This document shows positions 10,474-19,065 of a DNA stretch of 64,000 nt, one piece after another. The notes under the pieces are model-generated. The model was given only the letters and a program-made list of their open reading frames with translations, did no database searches and was not told where the DNA came from. The position numbers were made by a program, and so were the translations under genes. Origin of the DNA: Escherichia coli (GTDB lineage: Bacteria; Pseudomonadota; Gammaproteobacteria; Enterobacterales; Enterobacteriaceae); the NCBI RefSeq assembly GCF_003019035.1, contig NZ_CP027447.1; one strand, written 5' to 3'. The first letter of the stretch is position 1. Every line of letters starts with the position of its first letter.

Positions 10474-11645
10474 TGGGGCTATACGATAAATATGCGCGCC
10501 TTGCTGGCGAGCGACTGCAATTTAGTGACAACGGGTTAACGCCGTTTGGTACCTGTATTGATGAAGTGTATTCCGCCACCGAAGGTCGGATCGGCAATAA
10601 AAAAGTGATTCTGGCCGGGACCAATAATTATCTCGGTTTAACCTTTAATCATGATGCCATCGCCGAAGGTCAGGCAGCGTTAGCGGCCCAAGGCACCGGC
10701 ACCACCGGTTCTCGTATGGCTAATGGCAGTTATGCGCCGCATCTGGCGTTAGAGAAAGAGATTGCCGAGTTTTTCAATCGCCCTACCGCTATCGTTTTTT
10801 CAACCGGTTATACCGCTAATTTAGGCGTCATCAGCGCACTTGCCGACCATAACGCCGTGGTGTTACTGGATGCCGACAGCCACGCCAGTATTTATGACGC
10901 CTGTTCTCTCGGTGGCGCGGAAATTATTCGTTTCCGCCATAACGATGCTAAAGATCTGGAACGGCGCATGGTTCGCCTCGGTGAACGGGCGAAAGAGGCG
11001 ATTATCATCGTTGAGGGCATCTACAGCATGCTCGGTGACGTTGCGCCGTTAGCGGAAATTGTTGATATCAAACGTCGTCTCGGTGGTTATTTGATTGTCG
11101 ATGAAGCGCATTCGTTTGGCGTGTTAGGCGCAACGGGGCGCGGACTGGCTGAAGCCGTTGGCGTTGAAGATGATGTGGATATTATCGTTGGTACTTTCAG
11201 TAAAAGTCTGGCCTCGATTGGCGGTTTTGCTGTCGGTTCGGAAGCGATGGAAGTGTTGCGCTACGGCAGCCGCCCGTATATTTTTACCGCCTCTCCTTCT
11301 CCGTCCTGCATTGCGACCGTGCGCTCGTCGTTAAGAACCATTGCCTCACAACCAGAGCTGCGGCAAAAGCTGATGGATAACGCCAACCATCTGTATGACG
11401 GTCTGCAAAAACTGGGTTATGAGTTAAGTTCACATATTAGCCCGGTAGTGCCGGTAATAATCGGTTCGAAAGAGGACGGTTTACGCATCTGGCGCGAGCT
11501 TATTTCGCTGGGCGTTTATGTGAATCTTATCCTGCCACCTGCCGCGCCTGCAGGCATCACTCTGCTGCGCTGTAGCGTAAACGCTGCCCACAGTCATGAG
11601 CAAATCGATGCCATCATTCAGGCATTTGCTACTCTGAAGCAGTAA
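10473..11645 (+). CDS. PLP-dependent alpha-oxoamine synthase (serine palmitoyltransferase / KBL / BioF family)
   Basis: 390-aa ORF; class-II aminotransferase fold with PLP-lysine motif GTFSKSLASIGGF; K-12 bioF and kbl are located elsewhere. Confidence 0.8.
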   Translation: MGLYDKYARLAGERLQFSDNGLTPFGTCIDEVYSATEGRIGNKKVILAGTNNYLGLTFNHDAIAEGQAALAAQGTGTTGSRMANGSYAPHLALEKEIAEFFNRPTAIVFSTGYTANLGVISALADHNAVVLLDADSHASIYDACSLGGAEIIRFRHNDAKDLERRMVRLGERAKEAIIIVEGIYSMLGDVAPLAEIVDIKRRLGGYLIVDEAHSFGVLGATGRGLAEAVGVEDDVDIIVGTFSKSLASIGGFAVGSEAMEVLRYGSRPYIFTASPSPSCIATVRSSLRTIASQPELRQKLMDNANHLYDGLQKLGYELSSHISPVVPVIIGSKEDGLRIWRELISLGVYVNLILPPAAPAGITLLRCSVNAAHSHEQIDAIIQAFATLKQ

Positions 11646-11679
11646 TGTGAGCCCGCCGTGGTGTTGCGCCACGGCGGGT

Positions 11680-12759
11680 TTAATGTTGTCTGTCATACCA
11701 ATACACCAGGCTCAACGCCATCAGGACAAACGCTACCGGTAAACCGAGCGCGGTAACAGGTGCACTCAACGCAAATAGCAACCCCAGATTGACCATGATT
11801 TGATAGCTGATCCAGGTGAGTAAGCCAACGATGACGCCTACAGCGAGACGGCTACCCATCCCTGGCGAGCGCGGGGCGCTAAAGGTGAACGGCACAGCCA
11901 GCAAAATCATCGCCAGGGTCAGGATCGGTTGCCCCAGTTTTTCCCACAGTGCAAGGCGGTATTCGCTGCTGGGTTGTCCGGTTTCCTGCAAATAATGGAT
12001 GTAATGATTAAGCTGACGGACAGAAAAAGTATTCCCCGGCATCGATAACTCTTCAAGATCCATACTGGTGAAGGCCGATTGCCAGGCAAGATTATCTGAT
12101 GTTTCCAGCGTTTCTTTGCCATTCAACCATTTTTTATGATTCACACCATGCAGGATCCACGTTTTGTCGTCTTCAATGGAGGCACTGCGTGCAAAAATGT
12201 AGGATTCGAGCGAGAGATCGTCGCGATAATGAAATATCTCCACGCCCACAGGCTGGCCCTGCTCGTTCAGCGATTTCACCGTCACAAATTCATTACCGCG
12301 CCTGGCCCAAAGCATATTGCCGGTAATGTCATCGTCCTCCCCCAACGCGGTGGCAGTCGATTTGATTTGCAGCGCCTGTTGCTGCAATGGCGACGCCACC
12401 CACTCATCTATCGCGCCTAACGAAACAGTCCACAATATCCCGGCAACCAGCGCCACCAGTGCAATACGGAAGATAGAAAACCCAGTGCTGCGAATGGCGG
12501 TAAGCTCACTGTTTTTCGATAACTGCCCCAGGCCAACAATCCCTCCCAATAATGCGATAAATGGCGAAAGTTCGACCAGTGTACGCGGTAAGGTCATCAG
12601 CACCACCAGCACCGCCTGAGTCCAGCGATAACCGCCCGGGCTGACATCATCCAGTTCGTTAATCAGGTTGAAGGTGGTAAAAAGCGGCAGCAATAGCCCT
12701 GCGGCGGCGGCAAAACCGAGAAAGAGATGACGGATTAAATAGCGACTGAAAACATTCAT
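11680..12759 (-). CDS. LptG-like permease (YjgP/YjgQ family)
   Basis: Multi-pass membrane ORF; start set at MNVFSRYLIRH so that it overlaps the upstream gene stop by 4 nt (longest ORF extends to 12840). Confidence 0.7.
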   Translation of the reverse strand: MNVFSRYLIRHLFLGFAAAAGLLLPLFTTFNLINELDDVSPGGYRWTQAVLVVLMTLPRTLVELSPFIALLGGIVGLGQLSKNSELTAIRSTGFSIFRIALVALVAGILWTVSLGAIDEWVASPLQQQALQIKSTATALGEDDDITGNMLWARRGNEFVTVKSLNEQGQPVGVEIFHYRDDLSLESYIFARSASIEDDKTWILHGVNHKKWLNGKETLETSDNLAWQSAFTSMDLEELSMPGNTFSVRQLNHYIHYLQETGQPSSEYRLALWEKLGQPILTLAMILLAVPFTFSAPRSPGMGSRLAVGVIVGLLTWISYQIMVNLGLLFALSAPVTALGLPVAFVLMALSLVYWYDRQH

Positions 12760-13826
12760 CGGGAAAATTTCTGCAGCAAAGAGAAGTCGCGTGCGACCAG
12801 CATCAGCAGGCCCATTAGCATGAGTCCGGGTACTAACCACAAACCAGGAATGAGGGGAATCGCACCGTTAGCCACCAGCGTACGGCAGACGTCGCCGCCA
12901 TAAAAAATGGCAACAAACAGCAACGTCAGTGGCAATAACGTTGAAAATCGCCCTTGCCGCGGTTTTACCCGACTTAATGAAATGGCCAGCAGCGCCATCA
13001 ACAATGCGGTCAGGCCACGGCTTTGTCGCCATTGCAGTTCGGCATGATCGGCTGGAAAGACGGAGCGCGCCAGCTCCGTGACCGATTTTGCTTTGCGTTT
13101 GACGTTAGGGCTTTGATCCAGCTGATTCAGATGTAATTGCAGATTACGGTAGATCTGTTCGTTGTCGTCACGCCCCTGATGATCGAGAAGATAGGCGGTC
13201 CCGTTATGCAACATAACGGTCGGTTTCTCAGGTGATGGGTCAACCACATCAACCGAACGGGCGCGGAAAATGCGGGTTCGATTGGCAGTAGAAGTATAAA
13301 TCAGCGCGTCAGTCAGGCGATTATTATCCTGATCAACCGTCTGCGAAAGGATCATTCGTCCGTTATCGTTAGTGTTAAATTTCTTTGCCCGCAACTGGCG
13401 AACATCCAGCTCCGACTGCGACTGTTGCTCCAGTTGATAAATCTGCGCATAAGCCCACGGCCGACCATACATCGACAGAAGGGTGACAAAAATACTTAGC
13501 GGTATCGCCAGATAAAGAACGGCTTTGTACAAGCGTCCCGGACTGCCCCCCGCCGCAGAGATAGCGGTAATTTCCGAGTCGGTATACATCTGCCCTAGCG
13601 TCACGCCAACTGACACATACAGACCAACAGGTAACAACATCTCCAGTGCAATCAGCACTTTGTAGAAAACGATATCCAGCACAACATCAAGAGCTAAGGT
13701 CCCATTTGCCGCTTCGGTCAGATAACGCTGTGCGGAGTAGCTGGCGAAAATAAAGATCAGAAAACCGACGATAATCAGCACCAGACGGCGCGTACCACGC
13801 ATGATGTAGTGTTCAACCAGCTTCAT
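12756..13826 (-). CDS. LptF-like permease (YjgP/YjgQ family)
   Basis: 356-aa ORF, N-terminal TM helices, large periplasmic loop, C-terminal TM helices; paired with LptG-like gene. Confidence 0.7.
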   Translation of the reverse strand: MKLVEHYIMRGTRRLVLIIVGFLIFIFASYSAQRYLTEAANGTLALDVVLDIVFYKVLIALEMLLPVGLYVSVGVTLGQMYTDSEITAISAAGGSPGRLYKAVLYLAIPLSIFVTLLSMYGRPWAYAQIYQLEQQSQSELDVRQLRAKKFNTNDNGRMILSQTVDQDNNRLTDALIYTSTANRTRIFRARSVDVVDPSPEKPTVMLHNGTAYLLDHQGRDDNEQIYRNLQLHLNQLDQSPNVKRKAKSVTELARSVFPADHAELQWRQSRGLTALLMALLAISLSRVKPRQGRFSTLLPLTLLFVAIFYGGDVCRTLVANGAIPLIPGLWLVPGLMLMGLLMLVARDFSLLQKFSR

Positions 13827-13856
13827 CTCACTAACACCCTCAATCCTTTGAATTTT

Positions 13857-14420
13857 TTATTCATTGATCAGTTTCTGCGCCAGCGCAATGACATGATCTA
13901 CCTCTTCCGGCGTCAGGCTGCCGTCCTTTGCCCACTGAATTTGCCCGTCTTTATTCAGCACCAGAATGGTTGAACTCTGCTCCGGCAACCGCCAGGCAAC
14001 GCGTCCCAGTCCATTGCCGTCAATAACGAATTGCGCCCACGGATAGCGGCGTTTATTTTTTTCGATTTTGCCAACGACAAAATAGCCAGTACCGAAGATG
14101 GCATCATCGGTGTTCACAATGGTGGTGGGCTGAAAACGATCCTGCGGAAAGTTTGCCGCTTCAACCGCTTTAATTAACAGTGAGTTCTTTTTCTTCGCCG
14201 ACTTACGCCCGGCGATATACTGAATAATGCGGACTTTTCCCGCCAGCTGTGTGCTGTTCCACTTTTGGTAGTGAATTTCGTCGTCGCTATTCAGAAGCAG
14301 CTCGCCGCCTTCCTGGATATAAACGGGGGTAACCGTTTTGCCAGTGACGAAATTGTGTGCCTGCACACCCTGGGCTAAGAGCATGATAATCAGCGCAATA
14401 ATCAAACGAGATGACATCAT
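13857..14420 (-). CDS. secreted/periplasmic protein of unknown function (possibly thioredoxin-like fold)
   Basis: 187-aa ORF with N-terminal signal peptide MMSSRLIIALIIMLLAQGVQA; fold assignment is a guess. Confidence 0.55.
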   Translation of the reverse strand: MMSSRLIIALIIMLLAQGVQAHNFVTGKTVTPVYIQEGGELLLNSDDEIHYQKWNSTQLAGKVRIIQYIAGRKSAKKKNSLLIKAVEAANFPQDRFQPTTIVNTDDAIFGTGYFVVGKIEKNKRRYPWAQFVIDGNGLGRVAWRLPEQSSTILVLNKDGQIQWAKDGSLTPEEVDHVIALAQKLINE

Positions 14421-14428
14421 TGCTCCGG

Positions 14429-15253
14429 TTATAGCGGAAAACGCGAAATCAGCAGCTCTAAGCGCTGGCGAATATCGCTATCCAGCGCCACCGGTGCATC
14501 ATACGACTGGCGGTTTTCCATATCATCCGCCACCATGTCGTCGTGTTTATCCCCCATCAGGCCATTAATGGCGGCGAGGAAGCGGGAAATCTGTAACGCC
14601 TCTTTATTTTCAGGATCAAGCGATCTTAAGGTGTCGTAATAAGAAACCTGCTGGCTGATGATTTTTCGCACATCATGAAATTCCCTGCCGGTGAGTCGCG
14701 GTTTGGCAATTATCTCTTTCAGGGTATGCATTTGCTTTTGCCGATAGGCAATAAAACCGCTTACGCTTTCTAACTGGCTATGGCGTAATGAATAGTTCAC
14801 CAACGACCAGACCGGAGAGCTTAAATAAACCCGTAACAGGTTGCCGTAATACGACACAATATTTTTCTTACCGTTACGAAAACCGTCCTGAAAACGCCCC
14901 AAAAAAACGGTCGTTTTGCCGAATAAAAATCCGGCCTGATGCTTCTTTAAATACAGCCGTTGCGCAAAACGCAGGTGCTTGTAGCGCGCTCGCATGTATT
15001 TATACTTTTTGCGCTCATCGTCGGTAAGTATTTTGCCTTTTGCTTGTTTCAGCGTTAAGCGAAGTAACTCTTTGCGATTTACACCATCCAGCCAGAATCT
15101 CAAACATAAGGCATAATTGTCATGAATAATCTCCGGTGAACAGCGCAAAGTGATCGTTGGCGGCAAGCTAACCTGTGTGTCAATAACATCATTATCATCA
15201 ACAGCAATAAATAAACGCTCAATGACCTCAAGTGGAAAGTATTTTCTCATCAT
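14429..15253 (-). CDS. hypothetical basic protein, no recognisable domain
   Basis: 274-aa ORF; start overlaps yghQ stop (ATGA coupling) so likely translated. Confidence 0.55.
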   Translation of the reverse strand: MMRKYFPLEVIERLFIAVDDNDVIDTQVSLPPTITLRCSPEIIHDNYALCLRFWLDGVNRKELLRLTLKQAKGKILTDDERKKYKYMRARYKHLRFAQRLYLKKHQAGFLFGKTTVFLGRFQDGFRNGKKNIVSYYGNLLRVYLSSPVWSLVNYSLRHSQLESVSGFIAYRQKQMHTLKEIIAKPRLTGREFHDVRKIISQQVSYYDTLRSLDPENKEALQISRFLAAINGLMGDKHDDMVADDMENRQSYDAPVALDSDIRQRLELLISRFPL

Positions 15254-16602
15254 TGGAATTTTTCTCCGACTCCGTTATAGACCAATAAATGGCGACGGAG
15301 AAAAGTCCTTAATGTCGGTGCTAACGACAGGATCACATCCAGACATTGACCACCGAAATAAGCAAATGCAGCCCCCATTACGCCAAACAGATGACAAAAC
15401 ATAAACAACAAAATAACGTAAGCTAACGATGCAATAGTTTGTGCTATCAAAAAAGCGCGCTGTTTTCCCGCCATCAATAGCAATGACTCCTGAGGGAAGC
15501 CCAGCATCGAGATCACAATTGCGCCCAGCATCACCTGAATCAGGTCATACGCTTCGAGATACTTAACGCCAAACACCAGCGAAATAAGCGGCTTGCCGAC
15601 GATCAACACCGCGAGCGCCACCAGAATTCCGATTCCGCCCGCCAGTAAACCTGACTTCACGCCTAACAACCACGGTCTGGTGGTGCGCGGATCTAAACGC
15701 ATCACCTCTGGGTAAAAACTTTTGCCCAGTAAACCCGCTGGCGTTCCGGCGGCGTCGAAGAATGTCATGGCGATTTTAAATAACCCGGCGGCAGCGGGTC
15801 CTAACACGATCCCCACCAGCACTGTGCTGCACGAGTTACGCGCCGACCAGATGGAGTGGGCAATGTTGGTTGACCAGACAAAACTCCACGCGCCTTTGAT
15901 GTGTCGGGCAGACTCAAACAGATTCAATTTGAACGCGTTATGGATATTTCTGCGGCGTAATTCGCGCGCGGCAAACCACCAGTACATGGTGCCGCCAACC
16001 AGATTCGACACGTACCAGGCAATAACAAAGCCCGCAAAACCAAAGTCAAAATACCAGGCTACGACGCTCCCCGCTGCGCGCAGAAAAGGTTTCGTCGCTT
16101 GCTGTACAGCAATTAGATCGAAGCGATCTACCGCACGCAGAATGCCGGTCGGCGTGGAGGAAGCCATTGAAGGAATGAGCGTGCAATACAGCGCTGCCAG
16201 CCAAAAGCTTTGGTCATCCAGACCTAATGAATGGGAAAGAAAAGGGAGTAAGGCAATGCCGCCGACAATCGCCACCGCGCCGCTGACGATATCCAGCGAG
16301 AAGGAAAATGAGACGACATTGCGGAATTGCTGCGGATTATTGTTGGTTAATGCTGGTGTTCCGTACTGAACCACCAGCTGCCATGTCTGAAACTTAATAA
16401 AATCGCTGATCGACTTGGCGTACGATTGTACAATCACCAGTACGCCAAACATGGCGGGCGTCATCCCTTTACCGGCACACGAGAGCGCCAACAGACCCAG
16501 TAAAGCGCTCACGACATTACTGGAGCCTAACCAGGCGCTATTGCGAATAATGGTGCGAAACGCGCCATCTGCAAACCAATGTTTGATGTTAAAACCCGCC
16601 AA
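15250..16602 (-). CDS. yghQ: MOP-superfamily (Wzx/MurJ-like) flippase, full length
   Basis: 450-aa polytopic membrane ORF; recognised as YghQ but longer than the 355 aa I recall for K-12; start uncertain. Confidence 0.75.
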   Translation of the reverse strand: MAGFNIKHWFADGAFRTIIRNSAWLGSSNVVSALLGLLALSCAGKGMTPAMFGVLVIVQSYAKSISDFIKFQTWQLVVQYGTPALTNNNPQQFRNVVSFSFSLDIVSGAVAIVGGIALLPFLSHSLGLDDQSFWLAALYCTLIPSMASSTPTGILRAVDRFDLIAVQQATKPFLRAAGSVVAWYFDFGFAGFVIAWYVSNLVGGTMYWWFAARELRRRNIHNAFKLNLFESARHIKGAWSFVWSTNIAHSIWSARNSCSTVLVGIVLGPAAAGLFKIAMTFFDAAGTPAGLLGKSFYPEVMRLDPRTTRPWLLGVKSGLLAGGIGILVALAVLIVGKPLISLVFGVKYLEAYDLIQVMLGAIVISMLGFPQESLLLMAGKQRAFLIAQTIASLAYVILLFMFCHLFGVMGAAFAYFGGQCLDVILSLAPTLRTFLRRHLLVYNGVGEKFQ

Positions 16603-16647
16603 TTCAGCCTGACCTTATCGTTGATAGTAAAAAGTATCCCGCCAGCC

Positions 16648-17406
16648 TTAAGTTAAACTTCGGCGGTCAGAAACGATGGCAACCAGAGAAACCGCCTTCT
16701 GTGCCTGTTCCAGCACTTCGCTGTAAGGCGCTCTGGAATCAATCTCAAGAATTTTTGTGCCGTTATAGCCAATCGTCGACATGACGCCGATTTTGTCCTG
16801 CAGCTCGGCATAGTCATGGTCAGGCTTGCGGGAGATGGCAGTATCAATATCAATCCCCAAACGAATGATTAATTCAGGACGGTATTGCGCCATTTGTTGG
16901 TATAAACGCCGTTCGCGCTGCGCCAGAAACATGCTGATTTTCCCGGTCGCACGTTCGACGCCGATCCCCGGTCCGTCATAATAAAAGCCCGAAATTTCAG
17001 CCTGCGGGAAGCGATCGCTGACCACCAGAACGCCACTTTGCGCCAGTCGCTGAACCTTGCGTAGATTCGCCATTCTTCGCAGCGAGAAGCAGTACATAAT
17101 CACCGCCGCCCATACCGCCGGAGATTTGGTTTTCATGCTTTGGGTTTTCGAGGATTTGGCCGCCAGTCGCCGTTCGAGCCAGACGCCAACCAACGGCAAT
17201 CGTTTGATTTTGTCGCCGTCTTCGCCCGAGAGCAGCCCCAGATAGCGCCGCTCGGTTTGCCAGTGTTGTTGCAGCGATTTCACGAGGTCGGTGGTCAGTG
17301 TGGATTTACCGGTGCCATCACACCCGACCACCGCAATCAGCCCCGGAATGTAGTTGGGCTGCGGCGCGGTTGTACTATTAACAGTTTGTGTTTGTAGTGC
17401 GTCCAT
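16648..17406 (-). CDS. yghR: P-loop NTPase/kinase-like protein
   Basis: Walker A GCDGTGKST; conserved SDRFP and ARKPDH motifs shared with yghS and yghT; no ABC signature LSGGQ. Confidence 0.8.
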   Translation of the reverse strand: MDALQTQTVNSTTAPQPNYIPGLIAVVGCDGTGKSTLTTDLVKSLQQHWQTERRYLGLLSGEDGDKIKRLPLVGVWLERRLAAKSSKTQSMKTKSPAVWAAVIMYCFSLRRMANLRKVQRLAQSGVLVVSDRFPQAEISGFYYDGPGIGVERATGKISMFLAQRERRLYQQMAQYRPELIIRLGIDIDTAISRKPDHDYAELQDKIGVMSTIGYNGTKILEIDSRAPYSEVLEQAQKAVSLVAIVSDRRSLT

Positions 17407-17437
17407 TCGTTAAATCATCCCCTATCCATTTTGGTGA

Positions 17438-18151
17438 TCAGGAAAGCGCAGCGTGAATTGCGCGTAGTGACGCTTGCAGAATTTCATCGGCTGGTTGCCG
17501 ACCATCCAGTTCAAGGATCTTTGCGCCATTGAATGTCAGTTGCGGCGTAACGGCGATTTTTTCCTGTAACGCTGCCAGTTGGTGGTCAGGTTTACGCGCA
17601 AACGCGGTTTGTTCATCAATGCCAAGACGAATCAACAATACGGGCAAATAAGACGCCATCCATTGGTACAGCTTCAGCTCGCGCTGCCTTAACATTTTTA
17701 TCCAACCGTTACCGCCCGTGGTTTTTGCCAATTGCGGGCCATCAAAGCGAAAACCCGGCACTTCAACCTGCGGGTAGCGGTCGGTGATGAGCAGATAGCC
17801 TTGCTGGCTTTTACACAACATTTTGCGAAACTTGTACGCCCGCCAGCAGGAAAGCAGATAGATAACCAGCGCAGTAATATTGCCAGGCGGTGTGGAGGGC
17901 TTTTCGTGCACATGTGCCGCTTTACTTCGCAGATAACGCCCAAAAGGTGCGCCAATAACAGGGAGCTGTGAAATCCATTCGCCAATTCGCCCGGACGATT
18001 GCCCGAGATAAATGTGTTCTGTTGGCATTGTTGCTGCCAGTTCATTTACCAGGCTTGCCGTGAGGGTCGATTTACCTGAACCATCACATCCTACAATGGC
18101 AATAACACGCACTGGCGTGGAATTAATTATTGACATATTACGTTGATTCAC
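17438..18151 (-). CDS. yghS: P-loop NTPase/kinase-like protein (paralogue of yghR)
   Basis: Walker A GCDGSGKST; TDRYP and ARKPDH motifs. Confidence 0.8.
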   Translation of the reverse strand: MNQRNMSIINSTPVRVIAIVGCDGSGKSTLTASLVNELAATMPTEHIYLGQSSGRIGEWISQLPVIGAPFGRYLRSKAAHVHEKPSTPPGNITALVIYLLSCWRAYKFRKMLCKSQQGYLLITDRYPQVEVPGFRFDGPQLAKTTGGNGWIKMLRQRELKLYQWMASYLPVLLIRLGIDEQTAFARKPDHQLAALQEKIAVTPQLTFNGAKILELDGRQPADEILQASLRAIHAALS

Positions 18152-18324
18152 GAAAAACCCGGCAGCAAATAATGTATTGAATATTACGTGGTCCGTGCTC
18201 AGAATATCCGTTCAACCTTATTGTGACAATGGTTAATTGTGACATTGACCTGAATTACGCTTTCATAAAAACATATTAACCAAATAAATATTTTTAATGG
18301 ATATTTAAATTAAAGGATATATTC

Positions 18325-19017
18325 ATGCAGTCAATAACACCTCCATTAATTGCCGTTATTGGTAGCGATGGTTCAGGCAAGTCAACGGTGTGTGAACATC
18401 TCATTACCGTTGTCGAAAAATATGGTGCTGCCGAAAGAGTTCATTTAGGAAAACAGGCCGGAAATGTCGGTCGTGCAGTGACAAAATTACCGTTGATGGG
18501 AAAATCCTTACATAAAACAATTGAACGAAATCAGGTGAAAACAGCAAAAAAATTGCCAGGACCAGTTCCGGCGCTGGTAATTACAGCGTTTGTCGCCCGT
18601 CGCTTACTGCGCTTTCGTCATATGCTTGCCTGTCGTCGTCGCGGGTTAATTGTTCTAACCGACCGTTATCCTCAGGACCAAATTCCTGGCGCTTACGATG
18701 GTACAGTGTTCCCACCTAACATTGAAGGTGGTCGTTTTGTCTCATGGCTGGCAAGCTAGGAACGTAAAGCGTTTCACTGGATGGCGAGCCATAAACCGGA
18801 TCTGGTCATCAAACTCAATGTTGACCTTGAAGTTGCCTGCGCGCGTAAACCCGACCATAAACGGGAATCGCTGGCGAGGAAGATTGCCATAACGCCACAG
18901 TTAACCTTTGGCGGTGCACAACTGGTTGATATCGATGCTAATCAGCCACTGGAAAAGGTGCTGATTGATGCAGAAAAAGCGATTACGGATTTTATGACCG
19001 CGCGTGGTTATCACTAG
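18325..19017 (+). pseudogene. yghT: P-loop NTPase/kinase-like protein interrupted by an in-frame TAG at 18757-18759
   Basis: 144-aa and 78-aa ORFs are in the same frame; the 693-nt span is 231 codons (230 aa plus stop) with one internal TAG; Walker [10 protein letters not shown]. Confidence 0.6.
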
Positions 19018-19027
19018 TCAAAAATGG

Positions 19028-19058
19028 AAATGCCCGATCGCCAGGACCGGGCATTTTC
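19028..19058. terminator. stem-loop terminator between convergent yghT and pitB
   Basis: aaatgcccg / cgggcattt inverted repeat with 11-nt loop followed by TTTTC. Confidence 0.5.
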
Positions 19059-19065
19059 AGGAAGG

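Noticed and set aside
11680-13826. Interpreting the permease pair as the canonical lptF/lptG
   Set aside because: The essential lptFG pair lies at a different chromosomal location in E. coli and works with LptB/LptC; these are paralogues embedded in an accessory lipid locus, so they are called LptF/G-like only.
16648-19017. yghR/yghS/yghT as ABC-transporter ATPase subunits for the permease pair
   Set aside because: Although they have a Walker A motif, I see no ABC signature (LSGGQ), Q-loop or H-loop, and their size and conserved DR(F/Y)P motif fit small kinases better; left as P-loop kinase-like.
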